Of a stretch of 64,000 bases of DNA, positions 44,000-51,685 are shown piece by piece. Made by a program: the position numbers and the translations under genes. The first letter of the stretch is position 1. The number at the start of each line of letters is the position of its first letter. This stretch comes from Syntrophales bacterium (GTDB taxonomy: Bacteria > Desulfobacterota > Syntrophia > Syntrophales > UBA2210), in assembly GCA_963662405.2 (NCBI GenBank), contig CAXXKT010000001.1, forward strand, positions 448,001-512,000. Direction: 5' to 3'. The notes below the pieces were generated by a model that searched no databases, was not told where the DNA came from, and saw nothing but the letters and a program-made list of their open reading frames with translations.

Positions 44000-44870
44000 A
44001 TTGAATTTTCCCTACCCGCACATTACGGACCGCGAGATCTTCAGGGAATCTCTACAACATTCAGAGGCTGCTACCGGATTTACCGCGACTCTGATTGAAA
44101 AGGATTACTACTGCTCATTGATCCTGCAATACCTATTCAGCAACGATACACCCCTTGTTTTCAAGGGAGGGACCTGTCTCTCAAAAGTGTATGTGGATTT
44201 TTATCGGCTCAGCGAAGATCTGGATTTTGTCATACCAGTCCCCGTTGGCACAACCCGACCGCAGAGACGGGCGGCCGTCGAACCGGTGAGGAAAACCGTA
44301 GGGGAATTGTCAGACAGGATTCCCAAGGTGTTGATGTCAGAAGCATTTCAGGGGCACAACGAATCCCGGCAATATATAGGACAGTTCGAATACCCATCGG
44401 CGATTATTGACAAAAAGGAGAGGATAAAAATCGAAGTCGGACTGCGTGAGCCGCTGCTTATCCAATCGGAATCAAAAACAGCGCGCACTGTGGCAATAAA
44501 TCCCTTCAGCCTTCAGCCGCTCTTAACAGAATTTAAGGTCAATGCCATGGCATTGGATGAAATGTACGCGGAAAAATTCCGGGCAGCCCTGACGAGAAGA
44601 GAACCCGCAATCCGGGACTTTTTCGACCTTTTCCATGCCGTTATCAACAAAGGGTTCAATTTCCGTGATCCCGAGTTCGCAAACATGGTAAGGGCAAAAA
44701 TCCTCGTACCGGGTAACGATCCTGTCGATATTTCTACAGAGAAAAAACTCGGACTCGATCGACAACTGAAAACGCAGTTAAAGCCGGTTTTACGCCCCAG
44801 GAATTTTGCTTCGTTTGATCTGGACAAAGCCTTTGATCTTGTTCTGAGTATGGCGGAAGCAATCTCTTGA
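43992..44870 (+). CDS. abiEii: AbiEii/AbiGii nucleotidyltransferase toxin
   Basis: IEKDY, FKGGTCLSK, RLSEDLDF, IKIEV, AEKFRA, RDFFD. Confidence 0.92.
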   Translation: MNRLNFPYPHITDREIFRESLQHSEAATGFTATLIEKDYYCSLILQYLFSNDTPLVFKGGTCLSKVYVDFYRLSEDLDFVIPVPVGTTRPQRRAAVEPVRKTVGELSDRIPKVLMSEAFQGHNESRQYIGQFEYPSAIIDKKERIKIEVGLREPLLIQSESKTARTVAINPFSLQPLLTEFKVNAMALDEMYAEKFRAALTRREPAIRDFFDLFHAVINKGFNFRDPEFANMVRAKILVPGNDPVDISTEKKLGLDRQLKTQLKPVLRPRNFASFDLDKAFDLVLSMAEAIS

Positions 44871-45190
44871 TAGCATATCGAATCAAGGACCGTTGTCCCC
44901 ATATTCACACCCCGTCTCTCCCGAGCGGCTCCAGGAAAAGATCGGGGATATTGAAAGGATGCTCTAGAAGAACTCTGGACACACCGGTTAAAAATCTTCC
45001 TGTAATATTCCTTGACAAGATATAACAATGGAGTTAGTGAGTTATTACACTTCATTGAAATTGCATGTATTCTGTACGCTTGTGAACAGCTGTAACCGAG
45101 GGGGGATTATGGTCTGATTATCGAAAGCCCTGTCCTTCGGAATACGGCCTTTTTATTCTAATGTGTTTTTAATAAAGGATATAGGATTAC

Positions 45191-45991
45191 ATGAAGATAT
45201 TGTTTTGGAATCTAAATAACCAAAACCTTGTTTATGAAACAACAGAACTTATTCATTCAGAAAACATTGATTTTATGGTTTTTTCTGAAACTACTGTCGA
45301 ATTTGTTGAAGAAGTAATAAATATCTTCAAGCTCAATTACCATAAAGTGTTTTATTTTCATGAAACTCCAGGATGTGACAGGATTAAGGTTATTTCTACA
45401 TTGAAATTGAACGAGATTAAACTCCTCAATCAACACAAATATTATTCGTTGATGCTGTTAAATGGTAAGGAAAGACGATTAATTCTTGGGATGGTCCATT
45501 TTCCTTCAAAGCGATATCACTCACCAGATGAAAGTAGAAGAGCATTTGAAATATTGCATAGGGCAATTTCAAGAGAAGAAGAAACTCATAGAGTAAATGA
45601 TAGTTTAATTGTTGGTGATTTCAATGTCGACCCTTTTGAGATGCCAATGGTTTCATTCACAGGTATGTGTGCTACGAACGCTAAAGATTCTCTTGCTCTC
45701 GATACGGTGAAAAGAGCAACAGAAGAAAAAAGGTTGTTTTTTAATCCTATGTGGTCTTTATATTCAGTTTTTGATCAAACACCTGGCACTCATAAATATG
45801 ATCGATTGGGAGAAGATGTTATAAAGTGGCATTTTGTGGATCAAGTCATAATTCGTCCCTCTTTAATAGACGCTTTTAAGTTTAATTCCCTCAAAGTGAT
45901 AAGCGGCACAAAAGCATATAATTATACAAACAAAAATGGGGTTCCAATTTTATCTGATCATCTTCCGATATCTTGCGAAGTTGAATTATAG
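45191..45991 (+). CDS. Endonuclease/exonuclease/phosphatase (EEP) family protein, AT-rich
   Basis: ILFWN, FSE, VHFPSK, IVGDFNVDP, PGT, DQV, SDHLPI catalytic motifs. Confidence 0.88.
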   Translation: MKILFWNLNNQNLVYETTELIHSENIDFMVFSETTVEFVEEVINIFKLNYHKVFYFHETPGCDRIKVISTLKLNEIKLLNQHKYYSLMLLNGKERRLILGMVHFPSKRYHSPDESRRAFEILHRAISREEETHRVNDSLIVGDFNVDPFEMPMVSFTGMCATNAKDSLALDTVKRATEEKRLFFNPMWSLYSVFDQTPGTHKYDRLGEDVIKWHFVDQVIIRPSLIDAFKFNSLKVISGTKAYNYTNKNGVPILSDHLPISCEVEL

Positions 45992-46005
45992 CAAAGGAGA
46001 ACGAA

Positions 46006-46461
46006 ATGGATATTTGGGATAAAGGGTTCCAAGAGCCAAAAGTTCGATTTCCAGAGGAGATAATAAAGGATTATATTAAATCATTTGACAAAGCCACCGA
46101 AGGATATGCGTCTCTTTCTCTGCGAACAATCGAAGGTGTCGACAAAACTGTACTTGGTTTAAATGCTGATTTTCAGTATGAGCTACGACTAACAAGTAAT
46201 ATAATTGGAGGATATTCCTTTCAGGTATTTCGATTTGGGTATAATGTTACAATATACCCTGTGAGAATTATATTTGCAGATGAAATCGCCGATGAACTTG
46301 GTATTCATGAAGCTTCTTTTGGTGATAGGGTTATCACAGTAGATGATGAAGCGACTTTTAGTCATTTAGTGAAATCCGCGTTTACATCTGAAAGATTTAG
46401 GGAAATAGTTGGTGGACTGATTAAGATAACAAAGGCTAGGATAAAAGCGGCAATGGAATAA
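46006..46461 (+). CDS. Hypothetical protein, partner of the EEP gene, AT-rich
   Basis: 151-aa ORF with SD AAGGAG, 14 bp after the EEP stop, same composition. Confidence 0.75.
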   Translation: MDIWDKGFQEPKVRFPEEIIKDYIKSFDKATEGYASLSLRTIEGVDKTVLGLNADFQYELRLTSNIIGGYSFQVFRFGYNVTIYPVRIIFADEIADELGIHEASFGDRVITVDDEATFSHLVKSAFTSERFREIVGGLIKITKARIKAAME

Positions 46462-46546
46462 TTTCTGTGCTCATAGAATCTAAGTACTTCCCGTATTAAA
46501 ACATGGGTAAAATATGGCAAAACTCCCCGGATTGTTAACACGCCGG

Positions 46547-46670
46547 CAATTCCGGGGACAAATTCCGGGGACACCTTACTTAATTATTGAAAGTAATCCA
46601 CTATAATTATTATGGCAAATATGGCGGCATTCCTCGGGTTTTTAATATGGGACTCTGGGTTTCCCCCCAC
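46547..46670. mobile_element. Possible non-autonomous REP/RAYT-type remnant
   Basis: Tandem AATTCCGGGGACA x2 then CCTTACTTAATT; promoter-like TTGAAA...TATAAT; degenerate inverted end GGGACTCTGGGTTTCC. Confidence 0.4.
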
Positions 46671-46696
46671 CTGAATACGAAAAAGGAGTACGATAG

Positions 46697-47890
46697 ATGA
46701 AGCGAGCGCTCGACGGGATTCGTGTGCTGGATCTGGGGAGTTATATCGCAGCACCGTATTGTGCCATGTGCCTGGCGGACCATGGCGCGGAGGTCGTACG
46801 GGTCGAGCCTCCCGGCGGCAAGGTCGACCGCGAGCTGGGCCCCTTCGCCCCCAACGGGCAGTCGATGATCTACGGCCTGTCTTATCAGCGCAACAAGAAG
46901 AACATCACCCTGAATCTGCGGACGGAGACGGGGAAGCGGCTCCTCGATGAACTGGTTAAGAAATTCGATATCCTCGTCCACAACTACCCGAAGGGGACGG
47001 AAGAGGCCGACACGCTCGATTACGATCGTCTGAGCGGGATCAATCCGGCATTGATCGTCGTGGCCGTCTCCGGCTTCGGCCAGGACGGCCCCTACGCGGA
47101 GCGTCCCTGCTTTGATGCCATCGCTCAGGCGATGTCGGGGATGATGAGCTATACGGGCTGGCCCGGCGGCGATCCGCTGCGAGCGGGGCCTTCGTATATC
47201 GACTTCAACACGGGCGCACGGGCGGCCCTCGGGGCCGTGATGGCCTATCATGAACGCACCCAAAGCGGCCGGGGGCAGCTGGTCGACGTGGCCCTCTTTG
47301 ATGTGGCCTTCGGGATCGCCGCCGCGTCGGGGTGCGCCGCCGAGTACCAAGTGTGGGGAGAGGTGCGAAAGGCCGTCGGCAACGGGGGCTTCTACGCCTA
47401 CTGCTGCAGCGCACCCGCTACAGACGGCTTCCTGATGATTAATATCGTCGGGAACAACCTGTGGCGGCGGATGTGCCGCATCCTCGACCGGGAGGATATG
47501 ATCACGGATGACCGGCTCAAGGACAACCTGGCGCGGTACCGCAACTACCCGGTCATCGACAAGGTGATCTACGCGTGGACCGAGGACAAGACCGTCGCCG
47601 AGGCCATGGCTATTCTGGACAAGGCCGGCATCCCCTGCGGCCCCGTCAACGATGTTCCCGCGTCGATCGAGGTCCCGCAGGTGGCGGCACGGGAGATGCT
47701 GGTGGAGATCGACTATCCCGGCACGGGGACGGTGCCGGTGCCGGGGGTGGAGATCAAGTTGTCCCGAACGCCGGGGAGGATCGTCCGGCGGGCCTCTCTC
47801 CTCGGAGAGGACAACGAGGCCGTCTACTGCGGGCTTCTCGGATACGGCCCCGATGACCTGCAGCGATTCCGGGAGGAGAACACCATATAA
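46697..47890 (+). CDS. CaiB/BaiF family III CoA transferase
   Basis: LDGIRVLDL, IAAPY, GAEVVRVE, RNKKNITLNL, SGFGQDGP, FDAIAQ. Confidence 0.93.
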   Translation: MKRALDGIRVLDLGSYIAAPYCAMCLADHGAEVVRVEPPGGKVDRELGPFAPNGQSMIYGLSYQRNKKNITLNLRTETGKRLLDELVKKFDILVHNYPKGTEEADTLDYDRLSGINPALIVVAVSGFGQDGPYAERPCFDAIAQAMSGMMSYTGWPGGDPLRAGPSYIDFNTGARAALGAVMAYHERTQSGRGQLVDVALFDVAFGIAAASGCAAEYQVWGEVRKAVGNGGFYAYCCSAPATDGFLMINIVGNNLWRRMCRILDREDMITDDRLKDNLARYRNYPVIDKVIYAWTEDKTVAEAMAILDKAGIPCGPVNDVPASIEVPQVAAREMLVEIDYPGTGTVPVPGVEIKLSRTPGRIVRRASLLGEDNEAVYCGLLGYGPDDLQRFREENTI

Positions 47891-48050
47891 GGCATATAAG
47901 GGGACATGAGCCGCTTCACATCACATGGGGAGTGTCCCTGGGGTTACCCCTACTAATTTCTTGACGCCTCCTCACTTATTTGTCATATTCTTTCGGTCAG
48001 TTAAGGGGCTTTGCCTCTATTGGGTTATTCTTGTGAGAGGAGTGGGCCTA

Positions 48051-48719
48051 ATGACGAAATATAAGATTCTTGTTCTCATGTTGATGTTTCTTTTTACCGC
48101 TGCTGAAGCCCGGGCCGAATATGTCGCGCAATTCGAGTTTACCGCCGACACCAGCGCTTCGGGACTTCCCGCTTATATCGCCAGCGCGACGTATGACGGA
48201 AGCAATTTGTCTGGCTTGTCGGGTATAGGCAACGACGGGTTCGGCAACGTGTTAGAGACCTACCCTGGTTCAAGCGCGACCAGCGCGGCCTTGGCCCTCG
48301 CCAACGATGCCTATTTCACGATCACAATAACGGCTCATCCCGGTGAAACTTTCGACCTGGATACTCTCTTTTACAAGATCGGGAAAGGCGGGGCCTCCGA
48401 CCCCCGGGGCTATTTCATCCGATCGAGCGTCGACGGATACGCGGCCGACCTTTATGCCGAGACGCTGCCGACAGGCGCCGCACAAGCGCCGGCCCTGAGA
48501 ATGTTCAATTTATCGGGGCATGACAACTTGTCCACTGTCACCTTCCGGTTTTATATGTTCACCCCGGATCCGATTTGGACCTCGGTCGACTGGAAAGAGA
48601 TCTATTTTTGGAGCAGTCCAACCTCCATTCCCACCCTGAACGAATGGGGAATGCTGCTCTTTGCCGGGATATTGCTTTTAACCGCGATCAGAAGATTGAA
48701 GAAACAAAGGGAGATATGA
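48051..48719 (+). CDS. Exported protein with IPTL-CTERM sorting signal
   Basis: Signal peptide ending AEARA; C-terminal IPTLNEWGMLLFAGILL...RRLKK. Confidence 0.85.
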   Translation: MTKYKILVLMLMFLFTAAEARAEYVAQFEFTADTSASGLPAYIASATYDGSNLSGLSGIGNDGFGNVLETYPGSSATSAALALANDAYFTITITAHPGETFDLDTLFYKIGKGGASDPRGYFIRSSVDGYAADLYAETLPTGAAQAPALRMFNLSGHDNLSTVTFRFYMFTPDPIWTSVDWKEIYFWSSPTSIPTLNEWGMLLFAGILLLTAIRRLKKQREI

Positions 48720-48735
48720 AATATAGAGAAATATA

Positions 48736-48772
48736 GGGACACTTCCCGTATTTTTCATACGGGAAGTGTCCC
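48736..48772. repeat. REP-like palindrome, perfect 16-bp stem
   Basis: GGGACACTTCCCGTAT-TTTTC-ATACGGGAAGTGTCCC. Confidence 0.85.
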
Positions 48773-48780
48773 GGGTTTTG

Positions 48781-49947
48781 CTACATGGCCTTCTCAAGGA
48801 TCTCCCGGCTTATCTCCAGTGTGACATCGCGGGTCTCCGAGAGCGCGACCAGTCCGTGGGCCTTGAGCTGTTCGATTACAGCCGGTATCTTGTCGGCGGT
48901 CACTCCGTGCTGGGACAGGCGGGTCTTGACGCCAAGGCTCTCAAAGAATTCCCTGGTCTTCCGGATGGCCAGGTCGATCCGTTCCTCCTCGCCGCCCTGC
49001 TCTATGTGCCACACGCGCTCGGCGTACTGCAGGAGCTTCGCGCGTTTCTGTTCGCGTCTCACCTCAAGCACGGCCGGAAAGAGAATCCCCAGCGTCTGGC
49101 CGTGGTCGATGCCGAACAGCGCGGTGAGCTCGTGTCCGATCATGTGCGTCGCCCAGTCCTGGGGCACCCCGGCGGCGAGGAGACCGTTCAGGGCCATGGT
49201 CGCGCTCCATACGAGATTCGCCCGCGCGTCATAATTCTCCGGTTCGGCAACGGTCGTTTCTCCCACTTCGATCAGCGTCTGGAGGACACCTTCGGCCATC
49301 CGATCCTGGACTCTGGCATCCACGGGGTAGGTAACGTACTGCTCGGCGACATGCACGAACGCGTCGATCACGCCATTGGCCACCTGAATCGGGGGAAGCG
49401 TAAAGGTGATCGTCGGATCCAGTATTGAAAATTGGGGAAATGCCAGCGCGGACACGATCGGAAATTTCCCGTGCTCATAACTGATGACGGCCCCACAATT
49501 CATCTCAGACCCCGTAGCCGGCAATGTCACAACGGTAGCGAATGGAACCACCGTATCCACCACATCACGAGGAATCGACCTGAAGCTGTATTTCAGCAGA
49601 TCGCTCGGATCTCCCTGATAGGGTGAGGCAAGGGTAATGAATTTCGTCCCGTCGATAACGGACCCGCCGCCGACGGCAAGGATAAAGTCAATCTGCTCGC
49701 CGCGCACAATCTCTACGGCCTTTACCAGGGTCTCGTAGCGCGGATTGGGTTCGATGCCCCCGAACTCGACGACCGTCCTGTCGCCAAGGGCGGTCTTCAC
49801 CGTATCGAGGAGGCCGCTCCGTTTGGCGCTGCCGCCTCCGTAGGTGATCAATACCCTGGCACCTGCCGGCACATACTTATCAAGAACCGCAAGCTTGTCC
49901 TTACCGAAAATAATTCGCGTCGGGTTATAGAACTCAAAGTTAAACAT
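48781..49947 (-). CDS. YqhD/Bdh-like iron-containing NAD(P)H alcohol dehydrogenase
   Basis: FEFYNPTRIIFG, YGGGS, GIEPNP, GGGSVIDG, TLPATGSE, DWATHMIGHE, DHG. Confidence 0.93.
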   Translation of the reverse strand: MFNFEFYNPTRIIFGKDKLAVLDKYVPAGARVLITYGGGSAKRSGLLDTVKTALGDRTVVEFGGIEPNPRYETLVKAVEIVRGEQIDFILAVGGGSVIDGTKFITLASPYQGDPSDLLKYSFRSIPRDVVDTVVPFATVVTLPATGSEMNCGAVISYEHGKFPIVSALAFPQFSILDPTITFTLPPIQVANGVIDAFVHVAEQYVTYPVDARVQDRMAEGVLQTLIEVGETTVAEPENYDARANLVWSATMALNGLLAAGVPQDWATHMIGHELTALFGIDHGQTLGILFPAVLEVRREQKRAKLLQYAERVWHIEQGGEEERIDLAIRKTREFFESLGVKTRLSQHGVTADKIPAVIEQLKAHGLVALSETRDVTLEISREILEKAM

Positions 49948-49979
49948 GCTGTGCCCCCCTTGGAATGTAGTGAAATGGA

Positions 49980-50016
49980 GGGGCACTTCCCGTATTTTGA
50001 ATAGGGGAAGTGCCCC
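49980..50016. repeat. REP-like palindrome, second copy
   Basis: GGGGCACTTCCCGTATT-TTG-AATAGGGGAAGTGCCCC (one mismatch). Confidence 0.85.
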
Positions 50017-50264
50017 CGGTTTTCCGATTTTGCCATGGATATAAGATGAATTATATATAGTCTCTATTTATATTTGTACATCATTTTTCCGGGGAAGATC
50101 ATCTGGATTTTTATCTTCAGGCGATGGGAAGAGAAAATCGATGCCCTCATCTGCCGTTATTTGTCGGCCTCATACACTGAAAAGAATAGTGCAGATTGAA
50201 ACAGATGAGCCGCTCCACATCGCCATGGAGCGGCTCACGGGAAGACGAAGCATCGTCTTTCGGG

Positions 50265-51170
50265 TCAACCTTTCAAGATCCCTCCCTGGATCAGGGTATT
50301 GCGCAGCACCTCGCGGTTCTCTGATTTCAAGGGAACCATCGGCAGGCGGGGTTCCCCGGCGGGGAGTCCCATCATAGTGAGGGCCTCCTTTATGGGAACC
50401 GGGTTGGTTTCGATAAACAGCGCCCGGACGATTGGCAATGTCTTGAAATGGATCTCCCGGGCTTCCTCGATCCTCCCCTCGCGGTGCAGACGGATCATCT
50501 CGCGGTATTCTTTCCCGACCACATGGGACACCGCCAGGATTCCTCCGTCTCCTCCCAGGGACAGCATCGGAAACGTCAGCGCGTCCTCGCCGCACAGGAC
50601 CCAGAATTTATTCGGGTTGTTTCGCGTGGCGCGGATAATCTCCATGGTGATCGTCAGGTCACCGCACGCGTCCTTCATACCGATGATATTGTCTATCTGG
50701 GAGAGGACGATCATGGTGTTCGCTTCGATGAGCCGTCCCGTCCTCGACGGAATGTTGTAGATGAAGAGGGGCAGTTTCGTCGCCTTCGCGATCGCCTCGA
50801 AATGCCTCAAAAGCCCGTACTGAGTGGGTCTGTTGTAATAGGGGCACACCTGGAGGCTCGCGGAGGCGCCGATGTCCTCGGCGTGCTTCGTCATTGCTAT
50901 GGCCTCTTTGGTGCTGTTGGAACCGGTCCCGGCCATCACCGGCACCCGTCCCCGTGTTTCCTCTACGACGATTTCTATGACCCTGTTGTGTTCCCGGGTG
51001 TCCAGCGTCGGTGATTCTCCGGTCGTCCCACACGGCACGAGACCGTCACATCCCACGTCTTCGATATAGTAATTGACGAGTCTGCGGAGTCCCGCCTCGT
51101 CCACCGAGAGATCATCATGAAAGGGGGTAATGAGGGGCACATGGCATCCGGCCCACGATTGTATCTGCAT
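50265..51170 (-). CDS. dapA: 4-hydroxy-tetrahydrodipicolinate synthase
   Basis: GTTGES, AGTGSNST, PYYNRP, YNIPSRT, catalytic GMKDA, GED, ETNPVPIK, RLPM. Confidence 0.92.
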   Translation of the reverse strand: MQIQSWAGCHVPLITPFHDDLSVDEAGLRRLVNYYIEDVGCDGLVPCGTTGESPTLDTREHNRVIEIVVEETRGRVPVMAGTGSNSTKEAIAMTKHAEDIGASASLQVCPYYNRPTQYGLLRHFEAIAKATKLPLFIYNIPSRTGRLIEANTMIVLSQIDNIIGMKDACGDLTITMEIIRATRNNPNKFWVLCGEDALTFPMLSLGGDGGILAVSHVVGKEYREMIRLHREGRIEEAREIHFKTLPIVRALFIETNPVPIKEALTMMGLPAGEPRLPMVPLKSENREVLRNTLIQGGILKG

Positions 51171-51224
51171 TGTGTTCTCCTTGTCTGTTGAGGTTCAAAG
51201 TTATTGTCGATCAGCCTTCACAAC

Positions 51225-51253
51225 AAAAAAGCCATGGGGCTGACCCATGGCTT
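51225..51253 (-). terminator. Intrinsic terminator (attenuator) in the dapA leader
   Basis: Minus strand AAGCCATGGG-TCAGC-CCCATGGC-TTTTTTG. Confidence 0.85.
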
Positions 51254-51277
51254 CAAGGAGATTCTGCGTGCTCAGCG

Positions 51278-51370
51278 TTAAGGCATGCACGCCCTCAAAG
51301 CGATGGGTAGCCCCATACGCTTGACGCCCTGCTTCTTGCCGCTGATGCTTTCTATTGAGATGACGTTCAT
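51278..51370 (-). CDS. Putative dapA leader peptide (30 aa, three AAG Lys codons)
   Basis: SD ACAGGAAG; MNVISIESISGKKQGVKRMGLPIALRACMP*; its 3' half is complementary to the terminator. Confidence 0.7.
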   Translation of the reverse strand: MNVISIESISGKKQGVKRMGLPIALRACMP

Positions 51371-51445
51371 CGATCTTCCTGTCCGGATTTGATCGACGGA
51401 AGAAAACACATTTCGCCGACTATGTCAAATTGTTTTAGAAACGGA

Positions 51446-51590
51446 GAGACATTTCTCGTATTTTTCATACGGGAAGTACCCCTGGAATCCGGGGACACCA
51501 TCTGAAATCCGGAAACACCATGCCTATTTAAAATTCGGCGGCACTCACCTGGATTGTTAATTTGAGAAGCATCCCCGGTTTCCCCCCGCC
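51446..51590. repeat. Degenerate REP-like palindrome cluster
   Basis: GAGACATTTCTCGTATTTTTCATACGGGAAGTACCCC, then AATCCGGGGACACCAT and AATCCGGAAACACCAT, and inverted CATCCCCGGTTTCC. Confidence 0.7.
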
Positions 51591-51685
51591 CGGCTCCCCG
51601 GCATAGGGGACCGGACCACGGGTAAAGAGCGCTTTTATAGACAGGAAGGTGACGGGGCGGAGGAGATTCGCTTCTCCACCCTGCG

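Noticed and set aside
45075..45160. Possible structured RNA or terminator upstream of the EEP gene
   Set aside because: The stem is imperfect and matches no family I recognise; insufficient support
51171..51430. Lysine riboswitch upstream of dapA
   Set aside because: No L-box consensus (AGAGGNGC, loop E, kink-turn) recognised; the leader-peptide attenuator explains the structure
46480..51590. CRISPR array or integron attC interpretation of the palindromes
   Set aside because: Copies are more than 1 kb apart with genes between them; no spacers or cas genes, no RYYYAAC/GTTRRRY cores, no integrase
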